A stretch of DNA of 62,054 nucleotides, the filler included, from Nemertoderma westbladi (taxonomy: Eukaryota; Animalia; Xenacoelomorpha): assembly GCA_032718475.1 (NCBI GenBank). It is 3 parts of 3 records of this genome, joined end to end, with 100 filler letters (N's around TTAATTAATTAA, not from the genome) between each part and the next. Parts side by side here need not be neighbours in the genome. Positions count along the whole stretch, not along the records: positions 20,119 to 51,271 come from JAUCBJ010001429.1; 2 more parts are not named here. One strand, given 5' to 3'. Below the pieces are notes generated by a model. The model was not told the origin of the DNA. It worked only from the letters and a program-made list of their open reading frames with translations, and searched no databases. The stretch's first letter is position 1. Every line of letters begins with the position of its first letter. A program made the position numbers and the translations under genes. Below are positions 24,699-37,400 of this stretch, in pieces.

Positions 24699-24752
24699 AA
24701 AGGAGCAAGGAGCAAGGAGCAAGGAGCATGGAGCAAGGAGCAAGGAGCAAGC
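24699..24752. repeat. (AAGGAGC)n short tandem repeat
   Basis: About 7 heptamer copies. Confidence 0.85.
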
Positions 24753-26096
24753 AAAAATGTTACAAGGCGAACATAGTTAAAGTTTTAGGTCCTAATCTTT
24801 GAATATCATTTCGGCCCATTTTAATCGTTAAATATTTTGCTTAGAACGACCCTTAATGCCCGTAATGACAGCTGGTCTAGGTAAAATATTTTAATTATTT
24901 TTATAATTAATAATATGTATTATTTATAATTTAAGTATGCTGGAGTGGCATTAATTATTTTAGATCACAAAAGGTTGTGGAGAAGAAACCTGTAGTGATT
25001 CTGTTATTTCCTTAAAACGGACAAATTAATAATTTTAAAAATGATTCTGTAAAGATATCTTTCGCTAATTATATTTTATATCCTATATGTATTTATAATT
25101 TTTTTTTACTTACGGTATTTACAGCCTGTCTTGTTATCCAGACCACTGCGACCTATAATAATCCTTATACTGTAGATCGCTGATATCCAGTGTAATAAAT
25201 TTGGGCAATAGATTAACTTTTATAACGTATTAATAATTATTATGCATATGGATCACCTGGATTCGGTCCAATAAATAACTACAATATGACAACATTAGAA
25301 ATCACGGCGGAAATTTATTAAAATCGCCGGTTTCGTAAGACAAATGCGCATTGCGAATAATGCAAATTTATGTTCTGCTTGTCCGAATTTGCATTTGTAA
25401 ACCGCTACAGAGATGGATTGTTTACTGATGCGTACGTCGAGAGTGCTAAGAGACCGAGTGTGGAGTGTTATTCAATGTTTACCTAATGTGACGTGCGAGA
25501 GGCTTTTACCACGGGAGTAGAACCCAGCAGTGATTGGGATGAACTCGTACAGGCTCAACTTCGATTGTTTCTCGTGTCTCCATCCCAAAGGAATCCCCTT
25601 TTCTCTTCCCGAAGGAATCTTTTTGTCTCTTCCCATTACCGCAACACGTATATTCGAATTAACGTATTGGATCTCAAACTAACTCGGACCTCCATAACAT
25701 CCACCCATATCGACTCCCCGACTAGCTACTTTTTCTTCTCTCAGGTTTGACACGGCAGTAATCAGTTTATGATTGCCTCCTGCAACCTGCTGACTTAATT
25801 CCTTCTGATGTCGCGTAAAGTTGGTTAATTTCCAGCCAACCGGATCTCTTGTTCTCGTAATACTGATGGCGGGCGGATGTGGCGTCCAAGTCGTATTATG
25901 TTTTCGATGTACGCCGCTATCCATCCATCATCGGCGGGTGTTGGATGTGGTAACGCGAATGGCTTCTTGTATGAAATTAATGGTTGCAGAAGTCATTAAC
26001 TTTACGCATTATTTATGTAGTAATCCTCCCTCGCTGCGTTCGCTAGGTACATAAATACACTCGGGTCATAGTGCTGAAAAGTTTTCAAACAATGAG

Positions 26097-26444
26097 GCCG
26101 GTGTAACAGGACGAAATAACCCTCCACCAAATATGACTCCCCATTCTTCTCAGCCTAGGCTGAGAACACTCCCCAGTTTTCTCCCTAGATTTCTTAATTA
26201 ACGGAAAGGAGCAGGTTACAGTGGCGGGCTTTTCTAACCAAAACAATAAACGCTATCTCAATAACGTAGGTTACAGTTTTATTTTTGCATTATACGAAAA
26301 TAACACAGGTACGGATATGAATTATAACTCAATTAGGAGAGTCATCTCAGTCTAGGCTGAGATAACTGGGGAGTTTTCTCAGCCTAGGCTGAGATGACTG
26401 GGGAGTGTTCTCAAGAGGGAGTTATCTCAGCCTTGTACACCGGC
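26097..26444. mobile_element. Probable MITE
   Basis: Imperfect inverted termini GCCGGTGTAACA / TGTACACCGGC and internal CTCAGCCTAGGCTGAG palindromes. Contains a dispersed repeat also seen at ~52905-53045. Confidence 0.5.
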
Positions 26445-27395
26445 ACAAAGACGATGGATGCATGTTTGTATGTTATGTGTTTGTATGTATGTATGTATGT
26501 ATGTATGTATGTATATATAACCACCAAATGGCTTCATACCACTTGCATGTATTGGAAAATTGTAAACGCAACTATTTATAAATTAGTATCAAGTTATTGA
26601 ATAAAAATGTTGGGAACGATTCGATCTGTTATATTTGAAATATTAGCATTTTATCAATATTATGGAACGCGAAATTAAATACCCACAACTACACTTTCAG
26701 AGCTGAACATAATTTCACTAATTATTGTCAATTGGAGTTACGTATATTAATTATATCGTTAATTATTGTTCTATCTCTATTCAGTCAGTTAGTGTAATGT
26801 CAAGCAGTACATCATTTATATATCGTATGTATCTATAGGGCATATTGTCATCGTTATATTACTGTCATCAACTCAGGCTAAGCTCAATTATAATGTGAAA
26901 GCTTAGTAGGTTTTGTATATCTGGGACGTTTACAACAGCTGTCGATTAAACTAACAAACCCAGAAAACTGAACCAGGGTGCAAGCCGGGTACCAACAGCT
27001 GTTGGGTAGATTGAATTCAATATTTCACAATTTTTCATAAGAGGCTTGTACGTACATTATATTGGTTGGTTGCTATGGTTATTATGTTGGTTGCTTCCGA
27101 TGTTTTTATTAGGCTAACTTAGAATGTATTAGGTAGAAATAATTAGTGTCTCAATTAATTAATTAATTATTTATCTAATACAGTAAGATCCCTTCGCAGA
27201 ATGAAATACTCTTTTGGGCCGTTTCCCAGGTTGCGAATAGAGATAACTTTTGACACATCGCAGTAATTGTGATTATGATTTGTTTGCCTAGGCGAATGTG
27301 TATTACATTAAAAGGGAGGCAGTTTGTTTGGTTGATGCAAAAAAATTATTGGTTTGCATCTTCCAATCCCATCTGTTTCTTGGAGTCTCTGTAAG

Positions 27396-28160
27396 ACTAC
27401 TACTACTACTACTACTACTATAATGGAACTGCATTGAAACTGCACATTAAGATGTTATGCCGGCTTAACAGAAAAACATAATTTGTGACCACCATGAAAT
27501 CCACAATTGGCAAGCCCAATGCAGCGTGTATGAAGAATGTTTTGCCGGCTTGTCAACAAAGTTGCGCTGCCAAAACTCCTTATTACCCATGACATTTTCT
27601 AGATCATCCGCATCTTCAAGGCCAGTGTCCTTTAAGATGCGTCTCAAGAAAGTCATGGGCTGTCCACCATGCTTATTCACTCCATGAGGCTACCAAAGTA
27701 CAAGATTATGCACTGGCTGGTCCTCACGGCGAAAGCAATGTCCTGCAAAGTGGAGGCGGCTTTGTTCTATTGTCAAGCTTGTGGGGACCAATGAGGCACC
27801 TTACGTATTCGAATGTCCTCACCTGACTTCCGAATCCATAATCCTAGGTAACAGAAGTCGTCCACATGCTCAAGCATACCATCCTTTGAGCTTATGCTCA
27901 CCCGATCAGAGATTTGCAGAGGACATTCAAAGTTAACTGGAAAAATGTTGGTCTTCTTTGAGTTAACAAAAAGACCAACACTAGAAGCAGCCTGTTCTAA
28001 TGAGCTGAGGAGCCGTTGGGGTCCCTCTAGTGATTCTGAGAGTACTCCTATGACATCAGCAAAGTCTAGATCAGTTAGGTACTTGGCAGGATTTCCTCGA
28101 CTTCTGGAACCAGTAGGTAGAGTTACCATACCCCATCATCATTATGATGATCTAAGAGGA
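27396..28160 (-). mobile_element. 5'-truncated decayed RTE LINE, same family as 4330-6360
   Basis: YLTDLDFADVIG (degenerate FADD), SSLEQAASSVGL, HGGQPMTFLRRILKDTGLEDADDL; (CTA)n at 27396-27420 is the (TAG)n tail. Confidence 0.85.
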
Positions 28161-28314
28161 ATCTGTATGGCAGGTTAGGTTCGTTTATAGCCATCTTAAT
28201 GGCGGAGTTCTATTATACATAATTATACTTTTATACTTATATATACTCTCTATACAGAACACTCACACACAAATCACTTGTTACAACTAAGATTTATTAT
28301 TTGATTGATTTTAG

Positions 28315-28470
28315 GAGGAATATTTGATCAGAAGATGTCGGCAGCAAAGATAGCCTTTCAGTTCGCGGTAGAAGAAATAAACTATGAGACTTCAGCAAAA
28401 GATGGGGTGGTTATGATGCATACGGAAGCAGGAGTGGACATGAGTAACAGCTTCCAGTTGAGCAACAGAT
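28315..28470 (+). CDS. GRIA: GluA-like exon (start of amino-terminal domain, ATD)
   Basis: ttttAG|GA GGA ATA TTT: [23 protein letters not shown]...[12 protein letters not shown]|GTAAGT; phase 1-1. Confidence 0.8.
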
Positions 28471-31400
28471 GTAAGTGGACATGAGTAACAGCTTCCAGTT
28501 GAGTAACAGATGTAAGTGAACATGAGTAACAGCTTCCAATTGAGTAACAGATGTAACTGGATATGAGTAACATCTTCCAGTTGAGTAACAAATGTAAGTG
28601 GACATGAGTAACAGCTTCCAGTTGAGTAACAGATGTAAGTGAACATGAGTAACAGCTTCCAGTTGAGTAACAGATGTAAGTGTGGACATGAGTAACAGCT
28701 TCCAGTTGAGTAACAGATGTAAGTGGACATGAGTAACAGCTTCCAGTTGAGTAACAGGTGTAAGTGGACTTGGTTAGCAGCTGCACGCAATTATTTTAAA
28801 TTTCAGTGTGTGAAATGTTCAAGGAAGACGGAGTATTCGCGATGTACAGCGACGAGCCGGATGAGATTAGTAACGAAGTTGTCAACAAGTATGCAGAGAC
28901 GATGAGAGTTCCACACGTAAGCGGTGTATATGCGGTGGAGGAAACACTGGCGGAATACACGCTGCATATCATGCCGGATTACATCGCCGCTGTCAAAGAT
29001 ATTATAAAGTACTACCGCTGGGACACTTTCTATTATTTGTATTCTCCGGGTTAGTATGAACTCGCATCGATATGACTTATACTTACACTACAATGCTTTT
29101 GTAATAAACCAGTTCTACTTTATAGGTTTCGACTTACATTACAACGCCTTTGTAATAAACCAGTTCTACTTTATAGGTTTCGACTTACATTACAATGCTT
29201 TTGTAATAAACCAGTTCTACTTTATAGGTTTCGACTTACATTACAACGCCTTTGTAATAAACCAGTTCTACTTTATAGGTTTCGACTTACATTACAACGC
29301 CTTTGTAATAAACCAGTTCTACTTTATAGGTTTCGACTTACATTACAACGCCTTTGTAATAAACCAGTTCTACTTTATAGGTTTCGACTTACATTACAAC
29401 GCCTTTGTAATTAAAAAGTATAGTATTTAATGCATGCCTATCTGCGGTGTTAATTTATGGTTGTGAATCGTGGCTAACCAAGAATTTTAAAGTAATTGAA
29501 GGATTATATATGAAGGCAATAAAGTCTTTGCTGGGGGTACGAGTCACCACACCGAACGATATCTGTCTTTTGGAGGGTGGGTTCGAACCCCTAGCTGTTT
29601 TGATTTTGAAAGCCCGGGTCAGATTCTTTAAAAAATATTCGATCACAGCCAATGACTCATTACCTATTACACAAGTATTTAAATTATGTTCGGATTCAAA
29701 TATCAGCATGTACAACTTACTAAGTGAATCAACCAATATTGACTTTTCCTCAGTATCTCTAAGTGCAGTAAGATTAAAAGTTTTAGCTAAACCAATTACA
29801 GCTACTAAGTTTCAGTTATATCGTAGTATACTAAATCCTAAATTAGGTGTGCATGATATTTATTTAAGTAGTACCGCTTATATTCCCGACTTTCATCGCA
29901 CTGCATTTACTCGATATCGCACCTTCTCACATAACTTAGCTAGTGAGAAAGGAAGATGGGCTCGTATCCCATCCGAAGACCGAGTATGTTCGTGTGATTT
30001 AAGCTCAGTGCAAAATGAAGAACATGTTTTGCTTCGTTGTCGGTATACTGCTATTTTAAGGTCTAATTTTGGTTTTGATAATTATAACTATATCCATGAT
30101 CTATTTAGTTGCCCTAAAGTGAAATTGGCTAGCTTATGTGATTGTTACAAGATTCAAGAGATGTTTAGTTAAATTAGGAAATGCTTTATTATCTATATCT
30201 CTATCTTACATAGTATTTAAATTTTCTTTTCATTAAGTGCCTGTATTATTATTCTTAATGGACATTTATTGTTTTGTTTACATTGTATGTAATTACCCTT
30301 CTCAGGATTATTTGTATTTGTACCTGGTTATTTCACTCAAAATATCTGTCAATAAACATATATATATAATAATCCAGTTCTACTTTATAGGTTTCGACTT
30401 ACACTACGACGCGTTTGTAATAAACCAGTTCTACTTTATAGGTTTCGACTTACATTACAACGCCTTTGTAATAAACCAGTTCTACTTTATATGTTTCGAC
30501 TTACATTACAACGCCTTTGTAATAAACCAGTTCTACTTTATATGTTTCGACTTACACTACGACGCCTTTGTAATAAACCAGTTCTACTTTATAGGTTTCG
30601 ACTTACATTACAACGCCTTTGTAATAAACCAGTTCTACTTTATAGGTTTCGACTTACATTACAACGCCTTTGTAATAAACCAGTTCTACTTTATAGGTTT
30701 CGACTTACATTACAACGCCTTTGTAATAAACCAGTTCTACTTTATAGGTTTCGACTTACATTACAACGCCTTTGTAATAAACCAGTTCTACTTTATAGGT
30801 TTCGACTTACATTACAACGCCTTTGTAATAAACCAGTTCTACTTTATAGGTTTCGACTTACATTACAACGCCTTTGTAATAAACCAGTTCTACTTTATAG
30901 GTTTCGACTTACATTACAACGCCTTTGTAATAAACCAGTTCTACTTTATAGGTTTCGACTTACATTACAACGCCTTTGTAATAAACCAGTTCTACTTTAT
31001 AGGTTTCGACTTACATTACAACGCCTTTGTAATAAACCAGTTCTACTTTATAGGTTTCGACTTACATTACAACGCCTTTGTAATAAACCAGTTCTACTTT
31101 ATAGGTTTCGACTTACATTACAACGCCTTTGTAATAAACCAGTTCTACTTTATAGGTTTCGACTTACATTACAACGCCTTTGTAATAAACCAGTTCTACT
31201 TTATAGGTTTCGACTTACACTACGACGCGTTTGTAATAAACCAGTTCTACTTTATAGGTTTCGACTTACATTACAACGCCTTTGTAATAAACCAGTTCTA
31301 CTTTATATGTTTCGACTTACATTACAACGCCTTTGTAATAAACCAGTTCTACTTTATATGTTTCGACTTACACTACGACGCCTTTGTAATAAACCAGTTC

Positions 31401-34400
31401 TACTTTATAGGTTTCGACTTACATTACAACGCCTTTGTAATAAACCAGTTCTACTTTATAGGTTTCGACTTACATTACAACGCCTTTGTAATAAACCAGT
31501 TCTACTTTATAGGTTTCGACTTACACTACGACGCGTTTGTAATAAACCAGTTCTACTTTATAGGTTTCGACTTACATTACAACGCCTTTGTAATAAACCA
31601 GTTCTACTTTATAGGTTTCGACTTACACTACGACGCGTTTGTAATGGACCAGTTCTTCTTTATAGGTTTCGACTTACATTACAACGCCTTTGTAATAAAC
31701 CAGTTCTACTTTATAGGTTTCGACTTACATTACAACGCCTTTGTAATAAACCAGTTCTACTTTATAGGTTTCGACTTACATTACAACGCCTTTGTAATAA
31801 ACCAGTTCTACTTTATAGGTTTCGACTTACATTACAACGCCTTTGTAATAAACCAGTTCTACTTTATAGGTTTCGACTTACATTACAACGCCTTTGTAAT
31901 AAACCAGTTCTACTTTATAGGTTTCGACTTACATTACAACGCCTTTGTAATAAACCAGTTCTACTTTATAGGTTTCGACTTACATTACAACGCCTTTGTA
32001 ATAAACCAGTTCTACTTTATAGGTTTCGACTTACATTACAACGCCTTTGTAATAAACCAGTTCTACTTTATAGGTTTCGACTTACATTACAACGCCTTTG
32101 TAATAAACCAGTTCTACTTTATAGGTTTCGACTTACATTACAACGCCTTTGTAATAAACCAGTTCTACTTTATAGGTTTCGACTTACATTACAACGCCTT
32201 TGTAATAAACCAGTTCTACTTTATAGGTTTCGACTTACATTACAACGCCTTTGTAATAAACCAGTTCTACTTTATAGGTTTCGACTTACATTACAACGCC
32301 TTTGTAATAAACCAGTTCTACTTTATAGGTTTCGACTTACATTACAACGCCTTTGTAATAAACCAGTTCTACTTTATAGGTTTCGACTTACATTACAACG
32401 CCTTTGTAATAAACCAGTTCTACTTTATAGGTTTCGACTTACATTACAACGCCTTTGTAATAAACCAGTTCTACTTTATAGGTTTCGACTTACATTACAA
32501 CGCCTTTGTAATAAACCAGTTCTACTTTATAGGTTTCGACTTACATTACAACGCCTTTGTAATAAACCAGTTCTACTTTATAGGTTTCGACTTACATTAC
32601 AACGCCTTTGTAATAAACCAGTTCTACTTTATAGGTTTCGACTTACATTACAACGCCTTTGTAATAAACCAGTTCTACTTTATAGGTTTCGACTTACATT
32701 ACAACGCCTTTGTAATAAACCAGTTCTACTTTATAGGTTTCGACTTACATTACAACGCCTTTGTAATAAACCAGTTCTACTTTATAGGTTTCGACTTACA
32801 TTACAACGCCTTTGTAATAAACCAGTTCTACTTTATAGGTTTCGACTTACATTACAACGCCTTTGTAATAAACCAGTTCTACTTTATAGGTTTCGACTTA
32901 CATTACAACGCCTTTGTAATAAACCAGTTCTACTTTATAGGTTTCGACTTACATTACAACGCCTTTGTAATAAACCAGTTCTACTTTATAGGTTTCGACT
33001 TACATTACAACGCCTTTGTAATAAACCAGTTCTACTTTATAGGTTTCGACTTACATTACAACGCCTTTGTAATAAACCAGTTCTACTTTATAGGTTTCGA
33101 CTTACATTACAACGCCTTTGTAATAAACCAGTTCTACTTTATAGGTTTCGACTTACATTACAACGCCTTTGTAATAAACCAGTTCTACTTTATAGGTTTC
33201 GACTTACATTACAACGCCTTTGTAATAAACCAGTTCTACTTTATAGGTTTCGACTTACATTACAACGCCTTTGTAATAAACCAGTTCTACTTTATAGGTT
33301 TCGACTTACATTACAACGCCTTTGTAATAAACCAGTTCTACTTTATAGGTTTCGACTTACATTACAACGCCTTTGTAATAAACCAGTTCTACTTTATAGG
33401 TTTCGACTTACATTACAACGCCTTTGTAATAAACCAGTTCTACTTTATAGGTTTCGACTTACATTACAACGCCTTTGTAATAAACCAGTTCTACTTTATA
33501 GGTTTCGACTTACATTACAACGCCTTTGTAATAAACCAGTTCTACTTTATAGGTTTCGACTTACACTACGACGCGTTTGTAATGGACCAGTTTCATCTGA
33601 CGGCGAAACAAATTCGAAGTGCACCGAATATCGACGAAAGCGTGGACCAAATGTTTAAAGAGAACGCTAAACACGTTATATTGGATCTGGATGAGGATTA
33701 TTGTTTGCTGTTTGTTCAACGTGTTAGTTTTTTATTACAAACCCAAAACACTGGCTAATAATCCTTTGCGCACGGCTTAATACGTTTCCAGAATCCAGAA
33801 CTGGGTTTCGGAAAGGACTTATTTTTATTAAAATATATACGATAATATATAATAATAATATATAATAAAATATAATATGGAATTATTGTTTTTTTTTATT
33901 TAAAATAATAATTAAAATTAAAATATATGTCAGTATACATATGAAAATCTATTTTTGTTTGTCGGTTTAATTATTTCTTTACTTTCAGGTATACTCCGGG
34001 GGTGGAGAATCTGTTTGGGGTGTAGAGGGTCTAGCCACGAGTTATAAAAATATAAAAAAATTTAATGTTACCGTATGCGCATGCGCATTTCACCCGTTGC
34101 GGGCGTTCTCAGCGGTTTATTATTATAATATACATTAAAAACAGGGACATACATTTTTTTATATTTTATAACTCGTGGCTAGACCCTCTACACCCCAAAC
34201 AGATTCTCCACCCCCGGAGTATACCTTAAAGTACAGCAATCATGCTTACGCCACGCTCGACGTCAACCACAAACATTAAATATTTGTATTTAATTATTTC
34301 TTGGAAGCCAGAGCAGCAAAAGTGGAGGACAGCTCGAACAGTTGAGAACATGGTACAGGTCCGTGCATGATCGGTTACAGTAGGAGCATTTACAACAACC

Positions 34401-37400
34401 AGAGCGCGAGCGCTCGTGGAACGGAGTTTTGTTGCTGCAAATTATGTGGTGGAAACCGTGAGCAGTTGTTCTTGTAACAATATGGCTGTTCGACTGTTTG
34501 GGTTTCTTCCAATTCGAAGAAGAAAATGTTGGTCCCCGATGATGATAGCCTTGTAAGTTGAAGTTGTTGAGTCTGTCAAGTCGATGTATTTTATACTGGT
34601 CGATAACTTCGGGTTTGAAGATGTTTGGGTGCTGTCCTAGTATATCTTCAGTGGGGGAATTAGCACCTACCGCCATTAGTACCATAGTGGAAGACGCATT
34701 AGTGTGAAGGCCTAAAAGTCGTTTCAAAAATCTTGACTTAATTTTGTCCACTTCCTTTAAATTGGATAAATAATGGATAAATAGCAATCTCGGTGAAAGC
34801 GTATGTTGTCATTGGGTATATTTATATGTTATATATGTTTGGTAAAGCAAAGTGATGGTTGTGGTTTAACACCAAGATAATTATACTCGTTACAAAGTTC
34901 AACTCTCGACCCCCCATATGTGAAACTATCGGAGTGAACCCACATGACCTGCTTTGCGGAATTTAATAATCTTAGTTTTTGCGAGATTCACCACCATTGA
35001 GTTGTGCAAGCACCATTTCTGGAGAGCACCAAGCGCTAGCTGGATAGTAACAGGGTCCTTCGAGTATATAGCAAGGTCGTCTGCAAAGAAGATAAACACT
35101 ATATAAGCTGATACTTATACGTAAAAGACTAGAAGTCTAGAAAAACTACTAGAAGACTACAGTAGTCGTCTGATACTAGAACCTAGTATTTTATTCTATT
35201 ATAGAAGTGGTTACGATGAACTCTTGTCCAAAATTAAATATAATTACTCAGTAGATCAGGTCAGGTTTACGTAATGGATATCAAATATCATAGAAAGATT
35301 TTGGGATTAACACTTATAAGAATGAGTCGGTTGTCTGGACAACGACCATGGAGATTGACCCACAATAACCGAGTACCAGAACAATAGAACCAAATTAATA
35401 ATAAATCCAGCGCTCTTCCGCATTTTTTGGTCAAATTTATGTTTAGATTTAACTTTTTTTATATACCATTTTTTATTTTTCCATTTTTTTTTGTTAAAAT
35501 TTTAATTAATTGGCAGTTGTTAATTATTTACAGGCCTACCATCGGCAGATGTTAACTCGCGATTTTAGCATTATCGCGGCCAATGTTGTGTTGAATGAAA
35601 CTCTGTTCATGCCGTATTCTCAAGGTGGCGTTAATTTTACAACGTTGAGGTTGACAAATAACTCCAATGACCCAAATGACTTACGAACAGAAGTTAATAA
35701 GAAATGGATTTCGTTCTTGGCAGAAAAAGGTGGCTCAACTGGAAAAGGAATGGATGTAAGTTTAAGTTGGCTAATAGCGTGGCACGGACATCGCAGCCGT
35801 GCCACAGACATCACTACCGCCGCCTTAAAAAAGGTACAGCACGAAGATGCTTATTAAATCTTTTTACCGTAGGAATTTTAAGTAAAATATTTTATATAAT
35901 CCGCGTGATATTTTAATGTATGTTCGTTCATTTAATTGTTAAACTACTGTATTTCCAGGGGACCCCCATGGAAACATATTTCATGTTCATATTTCATTTA
36001 TTTCACATAACTACCGGTAGTATCTCATCTGCAAGTCCGTCTTGAATTATGTGTAAATGTGTTTCTTATGTCGGTGTTTGTTTATACTCTACCACATTTA
36101 CTTTCTTATTGTTTTCATACTTTGATGTTAATAAAACAATTCAAATTCCATGCCATTGGATACTACAGTGGCCTACATGTGGCACGGCACTAGTGGTCAG
36201 GTCACCGTGACTGTGCTACATGTAACAAAACAAAACACAAAACAAAACACACCACTGTCATAGCTGTTTATCGAGACCCCTTGTACCACAGTTACCTGTG
36301 TGCCAACGGAACCGCTACCGTGTAGTCACAGGATCCATAACAGAGCCACGACACCACTACTTTGCCACAAGAAAGTTCTTGAATTTATGTACCATATGAT
36401 TAACACTTGGTCTCAACTCAATGCGAATTTACGTCCGAGAATTGAGAAATTAGGTCCCAAAACCCCAATTTAATTCGCCGTAATTAATTCGCTAGAGACA
36501 ACACGAGTATTTAATTTTTTGTGTCCATCTAGCGGTGGGTGGCGGAAGTAATTATTTCACTAAAAACACTAAGCCTTTATGTATCCAAATTTTTTGAAAC
36601 CAACTTTCTCCTTAGAATGTACAAAACTCTCCAGCCGATTTTTTAAATTATCAACTTTTAATTAAATTAATAAATATATTTAATTAATTAAATTATTAAT
36701 TATATTTAATTTTAATTAAATTATTTATTATATTTAATTAATTAAATAATTAATTATATTTAATTAATTAAATTATTAATTATATTTAATTTTAATTAAA
36801 TTATTAATTATATTTAATTGATTAAATTTTAAATTATATTTAATTAATTAAATTTTTAATTATATTTAATTAATTAAATTATTAATTATATTTAATTAAT
36901 TAAATTATTAATTATATTTAATTTTAATTAAATTATTTATTATATTTAATTAATTAAATAATTAATTATATTTAATTAATTAAATTATTAATTATATTTA
37001 ATTTTAATTAAATTATTAATTATATTTAATTGATTAAATTTTAAATTATATTTAATTAATTAAATTTTTAATTATATTTAATTAATTAAATTATTAACTA
37101 TATATAATTATTTGAATTAATTAAAATTTGCAATAATATTTGAACAAAATTAAAAAAAAAGCGCTGTAAATTTTTAAAGATCTTCAAAAACCTTTCAAAC
37201 GAGCCATAAATTATCAAATTTGGGTAAAAAGTGGCGGAAAAGTATCATTTTTAAAAATATAAAAATGTAATTCCGAGATTGCTTTAAAATTGAAATTTCC
37301 CACTCAAACCTCTCTGCCTGGGACTTATCGTTCCATACATACATGTACCACACCGGCACTAAAATTATAAGTATGGGGGTTTTCGGTGTCGGTGATTTCA

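Noticed and set aside
25493-26054. Cluster of short ORFs in a moderately GC-rich patch
   Set aside because: No recognisable motifs or consistent splice structure; possibly a decayed element.
27275-27395. Candidate GluA signal-peptide exon
   Set aside because: No hydrophobic signal peptide, and it ends in phase 2 whereas the next exon needs phase 1.
30237-33758. 1173-aa and 1055-aa ORFs as stand-alone genes
   Set aside because: These are the intronic 51-bp array; only the last ~57 codons before the donor are a real GluA exon.
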